DNA from: Basidiobolus meristosporus CBS 931.73
Taxonomy: Eukaryota > Fungi > Basidiobolomycota
Direction of reading: 5' to 3'
DNA: 64,000 bases
Assembly: GCA_002104905.1 (NCBI GenBank)
Contig: MCFE01000005.1
Coordinates: forward strand, 1 to 64,000
The notes below the pieces were generated by a model that had not been told where the DNA came from, made no database searches, and saw nothing but the letters and a program-made list of their open reading frames with translations. Both the position numbers and the translations under genes were made by a program. Below, piece after piece: positions 24,141 to 35,888 of the stretch (positions within the stretch are counted from its first letter, which is position 1; every line of letters starts with the position of its first letter).

Positions 24141-25122
24141 TCATTGTTGAGTAGAATCGTCTTCAATGAAACCGACGATAAGCTCCCAAAGCGGAGCCAG
24201 CTCTTTCTTGTCAATCAGGTCGAATTCCCGCACAAAAAAGATGAAGTGCTTGAAGGAGGTGTTGAGATGAGCTTCTTCACCAAGGCCAACGACTTTTGTG
24301 AAGTGAGAATGATAGATATGGCCGTAAACTCGAAACAGTCGCTTGAAGATGTTTCGTACGGTCTGTGGGAAAGTTTTTGGAAAAGGAACACCTTTGTGTG
24401 ATATCTGGTTAGCGTACTGAAGCAGAGGCAAGGTTGATATGTTCATAGAGTACCAATCTTAGAGGGGAAAAGTGTTTCGTCGTCAATCTGGTTCTGAATC
24501 CAGTTCATAAGGTAGTCAACATACTCCGGCGCCGAAACTTTGATGGGTTTTTTGAATTGCTGTCCATCGGCCCAATGATACTCATATCTTATGCAACGTT
24601 GGGTCGGGAAGAGTTAAATAATCAACACATCAGATAAACATATTAGATGGGTTACCTTGGCCCAGCGGACATTATGGGACATTCTTCAGGAGTGCAAAAC
24701 TCGCTCAAAGTTCCGTACAACATGTTGACTTGGTTGAAGAAGTCAACGGCTGGTTTGAAGATCGGGTGTCAGAGAGTTGGTTCGGAGCAAAACTTGGTGC
24801 AAAACTATCCTTACTGTGTATCGCCAGCCATTCATCAGTATCTTCTCCTTCCGGAAGGATAACTGCTTGCTTCAGATTTCCAGAACCCAGGGTGGCTTCT
24901 GCGAATTTTTTGAGTTGATATTGTTTGGTTCCCTCTGCTATATCTTTTTTGGGTTTGAAGGTGGCATTCTTGTTTGCAGAGTTTCTAAGAAGCTTGGGTT
25001 AGGAGAAACAAGTCGCAAAATCACATTCGTAAGCTCAAATGAACCACTCTTTCAATAAAGTTGCAGATGAATATTCTGCACCCTCATTCTTTAGAGTATA
25101 CTCACAGCTTTAGGAAATTCAT
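24141..25122 (-). CDS. MOB1: MOB kinase activator (Mob1); multi-exon
   Basis: Spliced exons give TFKPKK...[39 protein letters not shown]...[26 protein letters not shown] and [17 protein letters not shown]. Confidence 0.93.
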
Positions 25123-25416
25123 GGCTACTTCAAGTGGTGGTGATGTGCAGCTCAAGTAGTGGGTGATGTTTAGGCCTGAAAACACCGGTGTTTATTTCAA
25201 ATCCGAATACAGTATACGAGATTAAATTTGGCCAATTACCAATTGGCATTTCTGTACATACTATCTCTGTCGTACTCCATTCACATTGTTCATATGGAGC
25301 TTACTGGTTTATTGTAAAAGAAGCGTTATGTAAATCGGGGATATCTGGGGAGTATCCTGGCTTGTGGGAATTTGAGTCAAGTTCCAAACCTTATATACAA
25401 TTCAACGTGCTGGCAC

Positions 25417-26623
25417 TCAATTCAGCCCACAAATAGTGAGGTCTCTTAACTGGGCCATTATGTCGTCCACTTTCCCCTGGACTTGGTGCTGCATCATGTC
25501 AGGTTGGAAATCTGTACTAATACTTTCGAATCTAGCCTGAGCTTCCTGGGCAAACTTCAGCTGTGACTTCACTAGTGCACTGAACGACGAATCCAGCATT
25601 GCAATCCGTAAGTCGGCCACCTTAGGCATTTGTTCTATCAACTGTCGGTTGATATTTTCGTAGATTTCTTGAGCCTTTGTAGCTGATGCTTCTGCCTGTA
25701 AATGGAGTGTATGAGTATGGCAGTTGTGCTAAACGCTACTATAAATACGCTGCATACATGGGATAACTTGTCCGAATCGCCCTTCTCGTGTACTTTACGC
25801 ACTTTGGCTCGGTGAGCATCGTAGTCGAGAAGTTTGCGTCCTCGCTTTTTAATCGTCTCGTTGATTTTCGGGAAATACTCGCGATATTGGTTCAACGGAT
25901 CCAGAACAGTCTTGTTCATATTTTCGGCCTGTAGTAGCTGCATTATTAAACGAGAAAGGCTGAGTCCTGTACGTAACTATGTACTAACCAGGTCAACATG
26001 ACTTTCTTCCAAGTCAAATACTACCCCCATATACTTGCGTCCATATGCAGATAACTCCCCGCCTTCATCGTAGAATAGATTGATAGCGCGTGCAACCTCC
26101 ACATGACCAATTGCCAAATCTTTAATACCAAAGTGAGAAAGGTTTTTAACGCGAGTTATGCCCTGAGAACGGAAGAAACGTTTACGTACTTCTTATCGAC
26201 TCTATATATTCCTTCGCATGTTTGTGAAGGTCTTCAGTATTTTGTTCTAGGCTAATAAGAATTCAGTACGGGGCAATCAGCCAAGTGGCTCTATCTGAAT
26301 AACATAAAGAGCCAATTACGTTCTTAGCCTATGCTCTTGCTCATCGAAAGTTCTATCTACCTAGAGGTAAAGCAGTCAATTAAGAAGCATAAGCCCGAAG
26401 ATCTGCCAAACGGAGCTTACAGTTTTTTCGATAGCACCAGTCTTTTGCTTAAGCTAAAAGCAAATCCTCAGTAAAAGGGGGAACTTCATCATCTCGACCA
26501 CAACTGAAACCTACCGAAGTCCCTGCTCGATCTACAGCTTTTTTGAAACCAGACCTGTAGAGTGGTTTTCTTTAAACTCTGAAGCTTGTTAAGGTTCGAG
26601 CCTAAGCGTACATACCAGCTCAT
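25417..26623 (-). CDS. RVS161: BAR-domain protein Rvs161/Hob3; multi-exon
   Basis: MSW|SGFKKAVDRAGTS|LKQKTGAIEKT|VDRTFDEQE N-terminus, KKRGRKLLDYDAHRAKVRK, and C-terminus LRDLTICGLN. Confidence 0.88.
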
Positions 26624-27004
26624 CCTCTTTGGCACTTTTGGTCAGTCACGAAGTATTGGTACAAACGAATATAGGCGATTTAACATCAATATGAGTCGTA
26701 ATTTTACAATTGATGAAATTGAATGAATCAAGTGTCTGACTTGCATAGATTTACATCAGCACGAAAAGGTTAAAATGAGAATTCAATAATCCAACACCAA
26801 GACTAGGTGTATTTAGAATAGATTTGTCAAATGCATAGAATAAATGAAAGGGATGAGGAGCGAAATTTCAATTGATTCAATAGGATCATGACACAGAATA
26901 CAACACGGCAAATAATTCAGGAATTGTCTGGCCATTGAAGTTAACTGATATAATTCCAGATTAAAGCATCCCATATTCTCACTTAGTGACAGAACCTCCT
27001 GGAA

Positions 27005-29053
27005 ATGGTACAAGAGAACGGTGACAATGTGCAAATCAAGCGGCAGGCCGCATTTAACTTCCTGTCTTCCATTAACCTTGGGAAAGAGAAGAATTCAAAA
27101 CCAATCAGCACAGAAAACGACCTCGAATTGACGGATTTTTCCTATTCCGAACCTAACGAAGCTAACGTTGATTTATCGTGTACTGAGATCGAACCAGACC
27201 CTCCAGACATAACTGGGGAAAGAGTTTCTCGTCGAATACCAAACGAGGAGAGCTCTGGCGAGCTAAAAAAGAGGCCTACCTATAAACGGCAATACACGGT
27301 GAAAGATCGCAAGGCTGCGGATTTTTTGTCGAACATTAGCTTAAGAGCCTCAGATTCAGCGTCTATAGTTTCGGAATCTTTGCCAAACGAAAAGCAAACC
27401 TCGGATGGAGTGGGTAGAAGTCTTTCGACTCGCCGTCACTCGAATGCTGCTGCGGTCAATAATGGATCTCAAGGTGCAACTCAAAAAGCATTAGCCTATC
27501 AATCTGCAACTGTTTTTAAAGTGTTCCACTTTAGGCTTAACGATACACCAAACCCTTCCGGATAACCTAGAGCATTCGAATGACCACCACGTGTCTACCT
27601 CATATCGTTCTGAAGCGATGACCATGCAGTCTCCCAATCCTGCTTACACTGTGCACAGTGGAAAATTTTCACCCAGTCAGACGGCCATAGCAGATGTTCA
27701 AAACTCTAGATTGATTCTAACAACACCTTCGGTTAGTAGCCGATTCATCGTGCTCGAGAAACGCCTCTCTTGCTAAGCCCTTCCCCATAGACACCTTTCA
27801 TGGTCTTTTCTGTGTTGAAATATTATGATGAGAAAACTCGACAGCGTCGCCGTAAGAAATTCCACAACATTTCTTTGTAAGTTCACTCTGCTTTGCTTTG
27901 CTATATTCCGGCTATTTCTAAACCACATGGGATGCAGTGACAAGATAACTGGTATGAGCGAAAATTTAAAGAAAAAGAAGGTAACTGGATCCAATCATTC
28001 AAATCTAGGCTATGTAGCTAACTTTCTTCCCGCAAAGGCCGAATCTTACGCGCACTTGCTGGTGCCGAGCTACAGCCTTGAGTAAGTGCTGTAGTTGTAC
28101 ACGTAAATGTCAAACAATGCCTTACAGATGTTGGTTTTGCAGCAATGAGGCCAACGAGGAATCCGATTACGACCCTTATTTCCTTGATGATCCAGATCTA
28201 AAAACCGGAACACGGCGTACTGTTATCAGTTTGCCAGGATTTATGGTCGGCCAATCCATCTTTTATTAGCAGCTCTACTGAGATGAATGCTAATCGTTGC
28301 ATCGTAGGGGTCCATCATTCAATTCACCAAACCAGCGGAGCTTAAAAAAGAAATCAACGACCATTTTAGACAAACCCATCCCACTGTGGATTCGGAGTTG
28401 ACTCTCAGTAAGATTCGAAGTTTGAAAAACAAGCTCGTGACCATTGCCAAGCACCAGGTTCAACCCAGTAATCCCGATTTCATCATCAAGTTGTTTACCT
28501 TACCTGTTCGTAGGATCTTGAGATCTCAACTGTTGCGAACGCCTACGCGTATTTTGAAAAGCTAGTTTTAAAAGTAAGTGACCAACTGAACTGGCCTCAC
28601 CCATAAATCCCAGCTATTAACCACCAACCTGTAGAACTACGTCAAAAGGGATAACAGGAGATTGATTGCTGGTGTGTGTTTGTTCCTGGCGACAAAGGCT
28701 AACGAGCCAAAAGAGCGCGATTATTTGTCTTTGTTAGAGGTAAGAGCATCCAACTATGTAACCACCTCGCAAGGTTGTACTCATGCTGCTGTATCAGAGT
28801 GTGAATCGAGTTCTAGAGGTTACTCCCAAAGAGCTTCGAGAGCAGGAGTTTGCAGTATTTACTGCCCTAGATTTCAATCTGTACCTTCCTCGTAACGATT
28901 TTATGGCCCATTTCGAAAGAATTTTTAATCAACTAGGTAACTCCCCCCAACACCACCTTCCTACAACCCCCCTATATTAACCTCCGCATTGCTCCAGACT
29001 ACAACAACGTGCAAGACTACCTAGGTGAAAATCTATTTTTTGTGGCCGATTGA
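27005..29053 (+). CDS. CABLES-like cyclin-fold protein; multi-exon
   Basis: RQAAFNFLSSINL and AADFLSNISL motifs, YDPYFLDDPDLKTGTRRTVISLPGFM, TLSKIRSLK, YAYFEKLVLK, LIAGVCLFLATKANE and EFAVFTALDFNL. These form the CABLES C-terminal cyclin domain. Confidence 0.85.
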
Positions 29054-29427
29054 TCCCTCAAAGCAACGGTTGCAATATCTGTAGTATATATTTCGTGACA
29101 TCAGCTTTAGCTGTATGTTTTAATTTCAACTCGAGTCCCAATTCTCACACCTATCGTCTTGGACATCACCATCGCTGTCGAGATATGATACATCTGTATG
29201 CTGTATTCGCTGTCTATTCTTGAATAGTTTGACTAGAATAAAAAATGAATCAAGCATTATCGAGCTGGTTGATTATTCACACAAAATCCAAGAAGCGCCG
29301 GACGGCCAATAGGACGCGACTACCTGGAAATTACGAAACGATGGATGATAAATAATGGTGGCTGCAGCGCGTGCTTAGCCTTGTAGTGAAATTAATTTCT
29401 TCTTCGACCCACTTTTAGTTAATCTCG

Positions 29428-32166
29428 ATGACAGAAGCATTCATAGGTTTGAGAGTAAAGGTCAGCTTGTCTGAAAATTTCACTCTTGAAGGTCTTGTAT
29501 CCAGTATAGATCAGAAGACGCAATACCTGACTTTAACAAATGGTACCGATCGCTGAGTTTGCCCATTTCCAGCAGAATTTTCACTAACGGTCTTTCTGTT
29601 TTGTTAAGTGTTATTGTTCTCGAATGGCACCCAACAACATTTCCCAACCTACGGTGTGGCTGGCCCAGATATTAAGGATCTTCAAATCCTACCTTCCCAA
29701 GCACCACCTCCGCAGCCCCAATTTCAGGCTCAACCACAACATCCAGTACAAAACAATCTCCCTCCAAAACCTTTGCCCAATAATAACTTGACTGCGACAT
29801 CTCGTAACGCATACCCAACCAGTATGGGCTCACCTTCCCCTTTGAACGGTTCTCAGTATTCCCCTCAAGCGTACATCACACCGTCCCAAGTAGCCCCACC
29901 TAATGTTGCATCAAGTCAAGCTACTCTTCGTCAAAATCCGGAGCAGAATCAGTCTAGCGTCAATAGAAAGCCAAAGGAGCAGAGGCAACAAAAGCAAGCG
30001 CCAACCCAAATCCCTGGAAAATATCAAGAGCAGACACTTTCCCCATCTTCCCAATCACAAACATCAAGTAATTACAACAATGCTGTGCAAACCCAAGCCA
30101 AAGCTCCGTATATAGACCCTGCCATTGTATCAGTATGTAGATTGTATTGAATCTTGCGCACGATATTTAATTGACGTCTTGCATACTATCAAGTTTACCC
30201 AGCCAACCCCATCCGCTGTCAGCTCGGCTCCATCTCAAGAATCGCATAGAACAGCATCTGGGTAATTCCAAGTAGTACCCAACTGGTGTTTTTTTCCGCT
30301 CGACTAAACCACATTCTTTCTAACAGACCCAAGAAACCAAAGCAGCCCAGCTATTCGGTAATAAAAAGTCAATGCAACCAGAGAATCTTCATGTTCCTGT
30401 CAACTCAACTCCTCTTTTAGGGAACACCAACTTCGTTTATTCCACCACCTATCATCGAGCTCTCGATTGATGATAAAGCGGATATTTGCCTGGATTATCA
30501 GAGTTTACGCTCAGATACCGAGAGCCAATTGATAATGGATTCGGATGCATTAGATTCCGATCAGCCTCACAACATTTACATGTCGAGCAAGAGCAAAAAA
30601 TCCAAACCTAAAGCAGGAAAGCAGAAGCCGCCTCCATCCCCCAACAAAGGTAGGCCGAGTTGAAGTACACGTTGAACATTGTACAGGACTAATTGTGTCA
30701 TGCAGGTCTTAGAAACTCAAAGTACCCTCGTTCCCCCGGAAAGACCATCAATGGGTGGGCTTCTGAAAATGTCAATGACTACAAAAGACAGGAATTCGAT
30801 TTTCAACATAACTTGGGCTTATTTGACAAGAAGAAGGTTTTTGCCGAAATCAAGGTAGGCGCACAATATAATGAATTGACTACGTCAATCACAATCTCAT
30901 ACTGTGGTCGAATAGGAATCGGATTCCACGGATCCTGACGGCCTTCTAGTGAACATCAACCGCAATACTGGTTACAAACCCACCCGTGCAGCGCCCCAAA
31001 ACTACGGCCCTCTCGAGAATGTTTTAGAGAGATCAAGAAAGCAAAAGTACTACGAAGACGATGATGAGATGGACGAGGAAGACAACGAAACCGCAAACGA
31101 AGAGTCTGACCTAGATACCTGGAAGAAGAATCAAGAGCCTATTGTGTCCATTCGGACTTTGACCGGGATTACCTGTCCGTTTGTCTCCAAGGCTCAAATG
31201 ACCGAAATAGAGAAAATTGCCGGTTGGTATTCTTCGCAGCATCCTTCTTAGTAGTAGTAGACTAATCAGATTATTCGCAGCCACTGAAACTGGCCCATCT
31301 GAAGACCAGATCATCGAGAATGCCGGTAGAAGTACCGCTATTATGTGTCTAAAGGCATTAGGTTTGTAGATCGCACATATGTATCAGTGAGCTTTCATTC
31401 ATGTTGCCGGAACTTAGGTGGATCTCGTCGTATTCAGCCAAATAATCACAACGATGCACCGTTGGTGGTTATTCTTGCCGGAAACACGAAGACCGGTGCT
31501 TATGGGCTGAGCGCAGCCAGACATTTGACGAACCATGGATGTGAGGTCATTGTGTGCGTTGCCGGAAAAGATAGAGACGTAATCAAAAGTGTGGCCGTAC
31601 AGTCCAAATATCTCAAAGTTAGCGGTGGCAATATCGTCAAGAGTGCAGCCGGTAAGTGGCCAAATTCGGTATCTTAGTCGCCAGCGAAGCCAATTTCTTA
31701 AACTTGTACGATTGTTAGAACTTCCGGAACCATATACCACACCTGTAGACTTGATTGTTGACGCACTGCTCGGATATCAACCATCCGCCAGGGATTCCGA
31801 TCACGACTACGATTTGGCTTTCATTGGGGATTTGATTGACTGGGCCAACGACAACAAGGCGCCCGTACTCTCTCTAGATATGCCTAGTGGGTTCAAAGGT
31901 AAATGATGGTGCTTGTGCGCATTTTATTTTCGAACTGTATACCGAATTCATAATTTGTAGGCCAGTTCAACAGCGGCAACGCAATTCGCCCTAAATGGAC
32001 CCTCTGCCTCGGTGCACCTCGTCAAGGCCTAAAGAGTCGCAATATGACTGGAGAAATCTTCTTGGCCGACATTGGCATTCCGCGTATCCTGTACAAGAAG
32101 GTTGGGGTGCGTGGGTGGAGAATGCCCTGGGGAGCTGACTATCTGATCGGCTTAGAGTATGCGTAG
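29428..32166 (+). CDS. EDC3: Enhancer of mRNA decapping 3 (LSm + FDF + YjeF_N); multi-exon
   Basis: MTEAFIGLRVKV LSm domain, EFDFQHNLGLFDKKKVFAEIK FDF motif, and YjeF_N features (IENAGR, VVILAG...ARHLTNHG, DLIVDALLG, VLSLDMPSG). Confidence 0.92.
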
Positions 32167-32604
32167 ACTAGTCGCGGCTCCGTCGTTACTTCATTCTACA
32201 TACAATGCGACGATCGTTGATCCTTCTTCTAAGCAAATACGTGTCGCGCCACTTATCATAAATCGTGTACGAGGTATGGCTCGATGGCATTCAGTATTTT
32301 GTATTCTTAAAGTTCCTTTTAAAACTTCTATGCATATTTCAATCCTTCAAAAATAAATTCTGTTTCTTGTTAATGTTTCATAATCCACTACGACCGCTTT
32401 CGAAACCAGCATCTTAAACAAACGGGAAACCAGAGTTGAATTGGCGGTTCGGAGAAATTGGCCCGCTGCATCATAAATACTGTGACTTCGAGATGAGCGA
32501 ATCCTAGCCAACACCCTTGGTTGATTGACCAAATTCACATTTCGATTGGATTTATCGATAGGCCTTCACCGCTCCCTCGGATTGTTCAAGCTATCACCAT
32601 AAGG

Positions 32605-33559
32605 ATGTTGGTGCCATTAACGAAGTTCATCGTGCTATCATTAGGTATACTGCAGGTCGTTCAGGCCAAGACCGCCTGTTCCTCAATCAAAACACGGAAG
32701 GAGATCCGTCAGCTCTCGCCTGCAGATCTAAATGAAGTGGTCAAGGTGTTTGAGAAACTACAGGACAACGGGGTGTATGACAACATGATGGATCAATTCT
32801 ATACTCAACTGCAAAAGCATTCCCTGACTCCGGGATTGCTACCAAGGCAACGGAGATTCCTCAAGCAGATAGAGACCACGATCCAAAAGATCTCACCGAA
32901 CTTCACCATGCCGTACTGGGTATCTCGAGACGTTTTATTTGCTTCATCGGGCCCATCTAACCAACCAGTCATATTTAGGACTGGTCTTTGGATATGAAGA
33001 AATCCACCGGCATCTCGATCCTGAATTTGTTTCAAACAAACCAGAATGGTATGTGCACAGGAGGCTATGGATCCACGAGCGCCAAGAACGCTGCGTGCTA
33101 CCGAAGTACCACTCCGTCTGGAAATAGACCCATTCACTTTTTACTCCCGGAATTCCTGGTATTTTTCCTCACGAAATATCCAAGCTTCGATGAGTTCCGT
33201 AAGAGGTTGGAGCTCTTGAATGCCCGGGTCCAGCTGGAAATTGATCAGATGTCAGGGAGTTCCATCCACCCGAAAGAGTAAGTTTCTTGTACACAAACCG
33301 GATTCCCATCTCGATCACTTGCTGAATCATCTTTAGCCCCATCCATTTGCTGCAGGCGGCTTTCATAGACAAACTCTACTCCACCTGGCAAGACCTGCAC
33401 CCCAGAACAGTCTACACTGAAGCCAGCTTAAAGGAGAGGTCCCCACCAAATATATTCACCACGAAGATAAATGACTTGTGCTACGATTATTCCAAAGTAA
33501 AGCACAGCCTGGCAAAATCTCGGGTCAAGCGGATGAAGGACGTATTCGAGAAATACTAA
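32605..33559 (+). CDS. Secreted tyrosinase-fold protein lacking copper-binding histidines; introns 32920-32978 and 33278-33336
   Basis: Signal peptide, CSSIKTRKEIRQLS, MPYW|DWSLD, and HPKD|P...AFIDKLYSTWQ. Intron positions match the neighbouring tyrosinase. FxPWHR reads LLPRQR and the CuB histidines are N/Q/A. Confidence 0.8.
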
Positions 33560-33910
33560 AGAGGGGCGGTTGTTGGAGCATGATATTTATCACATATCAT
33601 TTCATTCTTGCTTATATGGCGGCACATGTAATCTACCATCATCGTACATGATTTGATCGCTCTTCCTTGGGGAGGATTTAATAATACGTTGAGATGATCA
33701 CACCGCTTGTCAATAAAATCTCGAATATCGTCATGGTGAAAGGCGTCATATTGTCAAAGGAACTCTTTATTCAGGTCCATTTATATATACACATGTTACA
33801 GCTGATCTATTCACAGATGCTATTCCCAGTCAAGTGCACAATGGTAGCCTAGGTAGTAGAAGTTAGAACCGGTGATTGGAGGATGGATAATCAATGATAG
33901 ATTCGGATAC

Positions 33911-34009
33911 GGGATTTGTATTCAGAAATCACTTTTGATATCATGAAGCTATTTTAGCTTTAAACGAGCTGGGTTTAATAGCAAAAGTTTCTCATCATAT
34001 ACAAATCCC
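33911..34009 (-). ncRNA. Box C/D snoRNA, predicted to guide LSU rRNA 2'-O-methylation (snR69-like)
   Basis: Box C ATGATGA (33992-33998), box D CTGA (33922-33925), perfect 11-bp terminal stem GGGATTTGTAT/ATACAAATCCC. Guide TAAACCCAGCTC is complementary to the conserved LSU sequence GAGCUGGGUUUA. Confidence 0.85.
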
Positions 34010-34145
34010 CACTCTTCAATGAAATGGACACTCACCTAGTGATCTCACGTCCACATCGGAAACGACCACCTTCAAACGGCACCTAGAGAGGTTTAGATTA
34101 GTCGCTGGGTTATGATGGTTGTGTGGGGGTAAGAATGTGAGGGAT

Positions 34146-34225
34146 TCAGATTGAAGTTGATATCATAAAGCCTTATATTTTTTGACTTTATACGAGCTGG
34201 GTTAAATAGCATAAAGATTCATCAC
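34146..34225 (-). ncRNA. Box C/D snoRNA, paralog of the 33911-34009 snoRNA
   Basis: Box C GTGATGA (34219-34225), box D CTGA (34146-34149), guide AACCCAGCTC, and C'-like ATGATAT conserved with the paralog. Lies inside intron 34083-34264. Confidence 0.8.
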
Positions 34226-34367
34226 AGTAAAATTCTATGTAACTCAAGGGGAATAGCAACTTACCATTGGCGCGCTGGAGTGGAGTTTGAAAGAAAAGTA
34301 GTGCTGTGCAAGGATGAGCGCACCGTACCTTTATCTGAACCCAGCTGCCCCATGTAGATGAGGATAG

Positions 34368-34429
34368 TCAGGGGGGAGGTGAGCCATTTTTTTTCCACCT
34401 GACAATGCAAGGGTCGAAAGGATCATCAC
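34368..34429 (-). ncRNA. Possible third, short box C/D snoRNA (target unresolved)
   Basis: GTGATGA (34423-34429) just after the GTAAGT donor and CTGA (34368-34371), inside intron 34304-34437. Terminal stem is weak. Confidence 0.4.
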
Positions 34430-34576
34430 CCACTTACCCTGTCATTGGGTACATGATCCAGCATACAAGGAGAACAGCAATAATATTCATGAAAAGTATT
34501 ATTGTTTATATAACTCTGACAAATTAACTATGCAAGAGATTGGGTACACATGAATGCAAGCGTGACTAGGTCTAGT

Positions 34577-35888
34577 TCAGATATTCGGCAATCTCGAGAA
34601 GAGTGAGCCCAAAGTGCCACGAACCAACTTGGACAACGTGTCTTCACGCCTGGCCATTGCGTTGGGTGAGATGTAGTTCTTTATCACGTTGTATTGTTGA
34701 ATAATTCCTGCAAGCCGCTGCTCCTTGGTGCGTGTTTCTACCACGTTCCCTCCGTTACGGGTGATCCAACCCTCGTCAAGCATCTCTGGAACGTGAAGCT
34801 TGAGTGCGTCTTGATTTTGTGCTAGGGGTGCGGCCGGGTCGAAGTCGGGTATTGCTCTTCTTTTGTTTCGAGTGGTGCTGGGGGAATTGCTGTAGCGATA
34901 GCAAAGCCCAGGGGCAGTGGTGTCCAAAACGGCAGAAACAGGAACGTTGAACGGATTCATGATGTCCGTCACAAGCGCGTTCCCTCCCTTGGAGCGTTTC
35001 CCGCTGTAGTTCTTGGACCGCGCAGGGTTAGATGCTTGCCAGTCCGCCCAGATTTTGTCTATGAATGCGTGATGGAGCCAGAAGAGTGGGCTAGTTTCAG
35101 CGTTAGTCGGACGTTCGTAATGGATACAACATACATCGGTATCCACTTACTCATTTGGACTGGTCATAACCGTCATATCTCCTCCAATACCCATGTGAAC
35201 CACACCGTGAATGGGGCTTTCCAGTTCACTGCGGAAGTCGGCGTAGGTGTTGGAGTTGTTGGCAATCTTCGCTATGACATCGCTGGAGTAAAAGGCGCCA
35301 ATCTTGCTCCCGTTGTTGAATTTTCTGGTCAAGCAGTGCTTGTTTGGATATCTCATCTGCCAGCCAGCAAAGGGACCATTCGTGAGACAGCCTCCCTGAT
35401 TGTTGTTACCGCCATTGCCACCTAGATATTTACTGGTAAATATCTCGCTTTTATGAGGTGCTTGCGAGTCAATAGTCCAATCCTATAAGACAGCGCAGGG
35501 TGAGGGTGAGTGCCGAGCAAACGGACATCAGTTAATACGAGGATCTTACCCAATATGGTATCACCACTCTAGGGTTGATCTTCTGAAGTTTCTTCTCTAA
35601 TTCACGCAGGTATTGTCGATGCCAGGGACAAAAAGCTGCTCCGTTATGAACCTCGCTTGCATAAGCCGAGTGAATCTGCGAGAGGGAATCATATGCAGTG
35701 GGTGCTTGGGATGACTGATGAAGCGTTTTCAGAGCATTGAAAAAGTCCGCTCTTTCACCATCACTCAACTGACGGATCTCTCGCCTAACTGCAATCGTTG
35801 AACATCCTTGTCCGCTTACTAACTCTACTGTCATACCGACCCACATCATGACGGCCACTAATATCCAAAATGGTTTCTGACGGAGCAT
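34577..35888 (-). CDS. Secreted tyrosinase (type-3 di-copper protein); introns 35483-35549 and 35091-35150
   Basis: Signal peptide, CuA SQIHSAYASEVHNGAAFCPWHR, PYW|DW, CuB ESPIHGVVHMGIGGDM...SPND|PLFWLHHAFIDKIWADWQ, and LCYRY. Confidence 0.93.

Larger units (their letters stand above)
33766..34512 (-). ncRNA. Putative spliced non-coding snoRNA host transcript (3 introns, 39- and 47-nt internal exons)
   Basis: TATATAAA at 34505-34512. GT..AG introns at 34304-34437, 34083-34264 and 33849-34035 (GTAAGT/GTGAGT donors; CTAAC/CTAAT/CTCAT branch-like sites). AATAAA at 33766-33771. No recognisable ORF. Confidence 0.6.
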
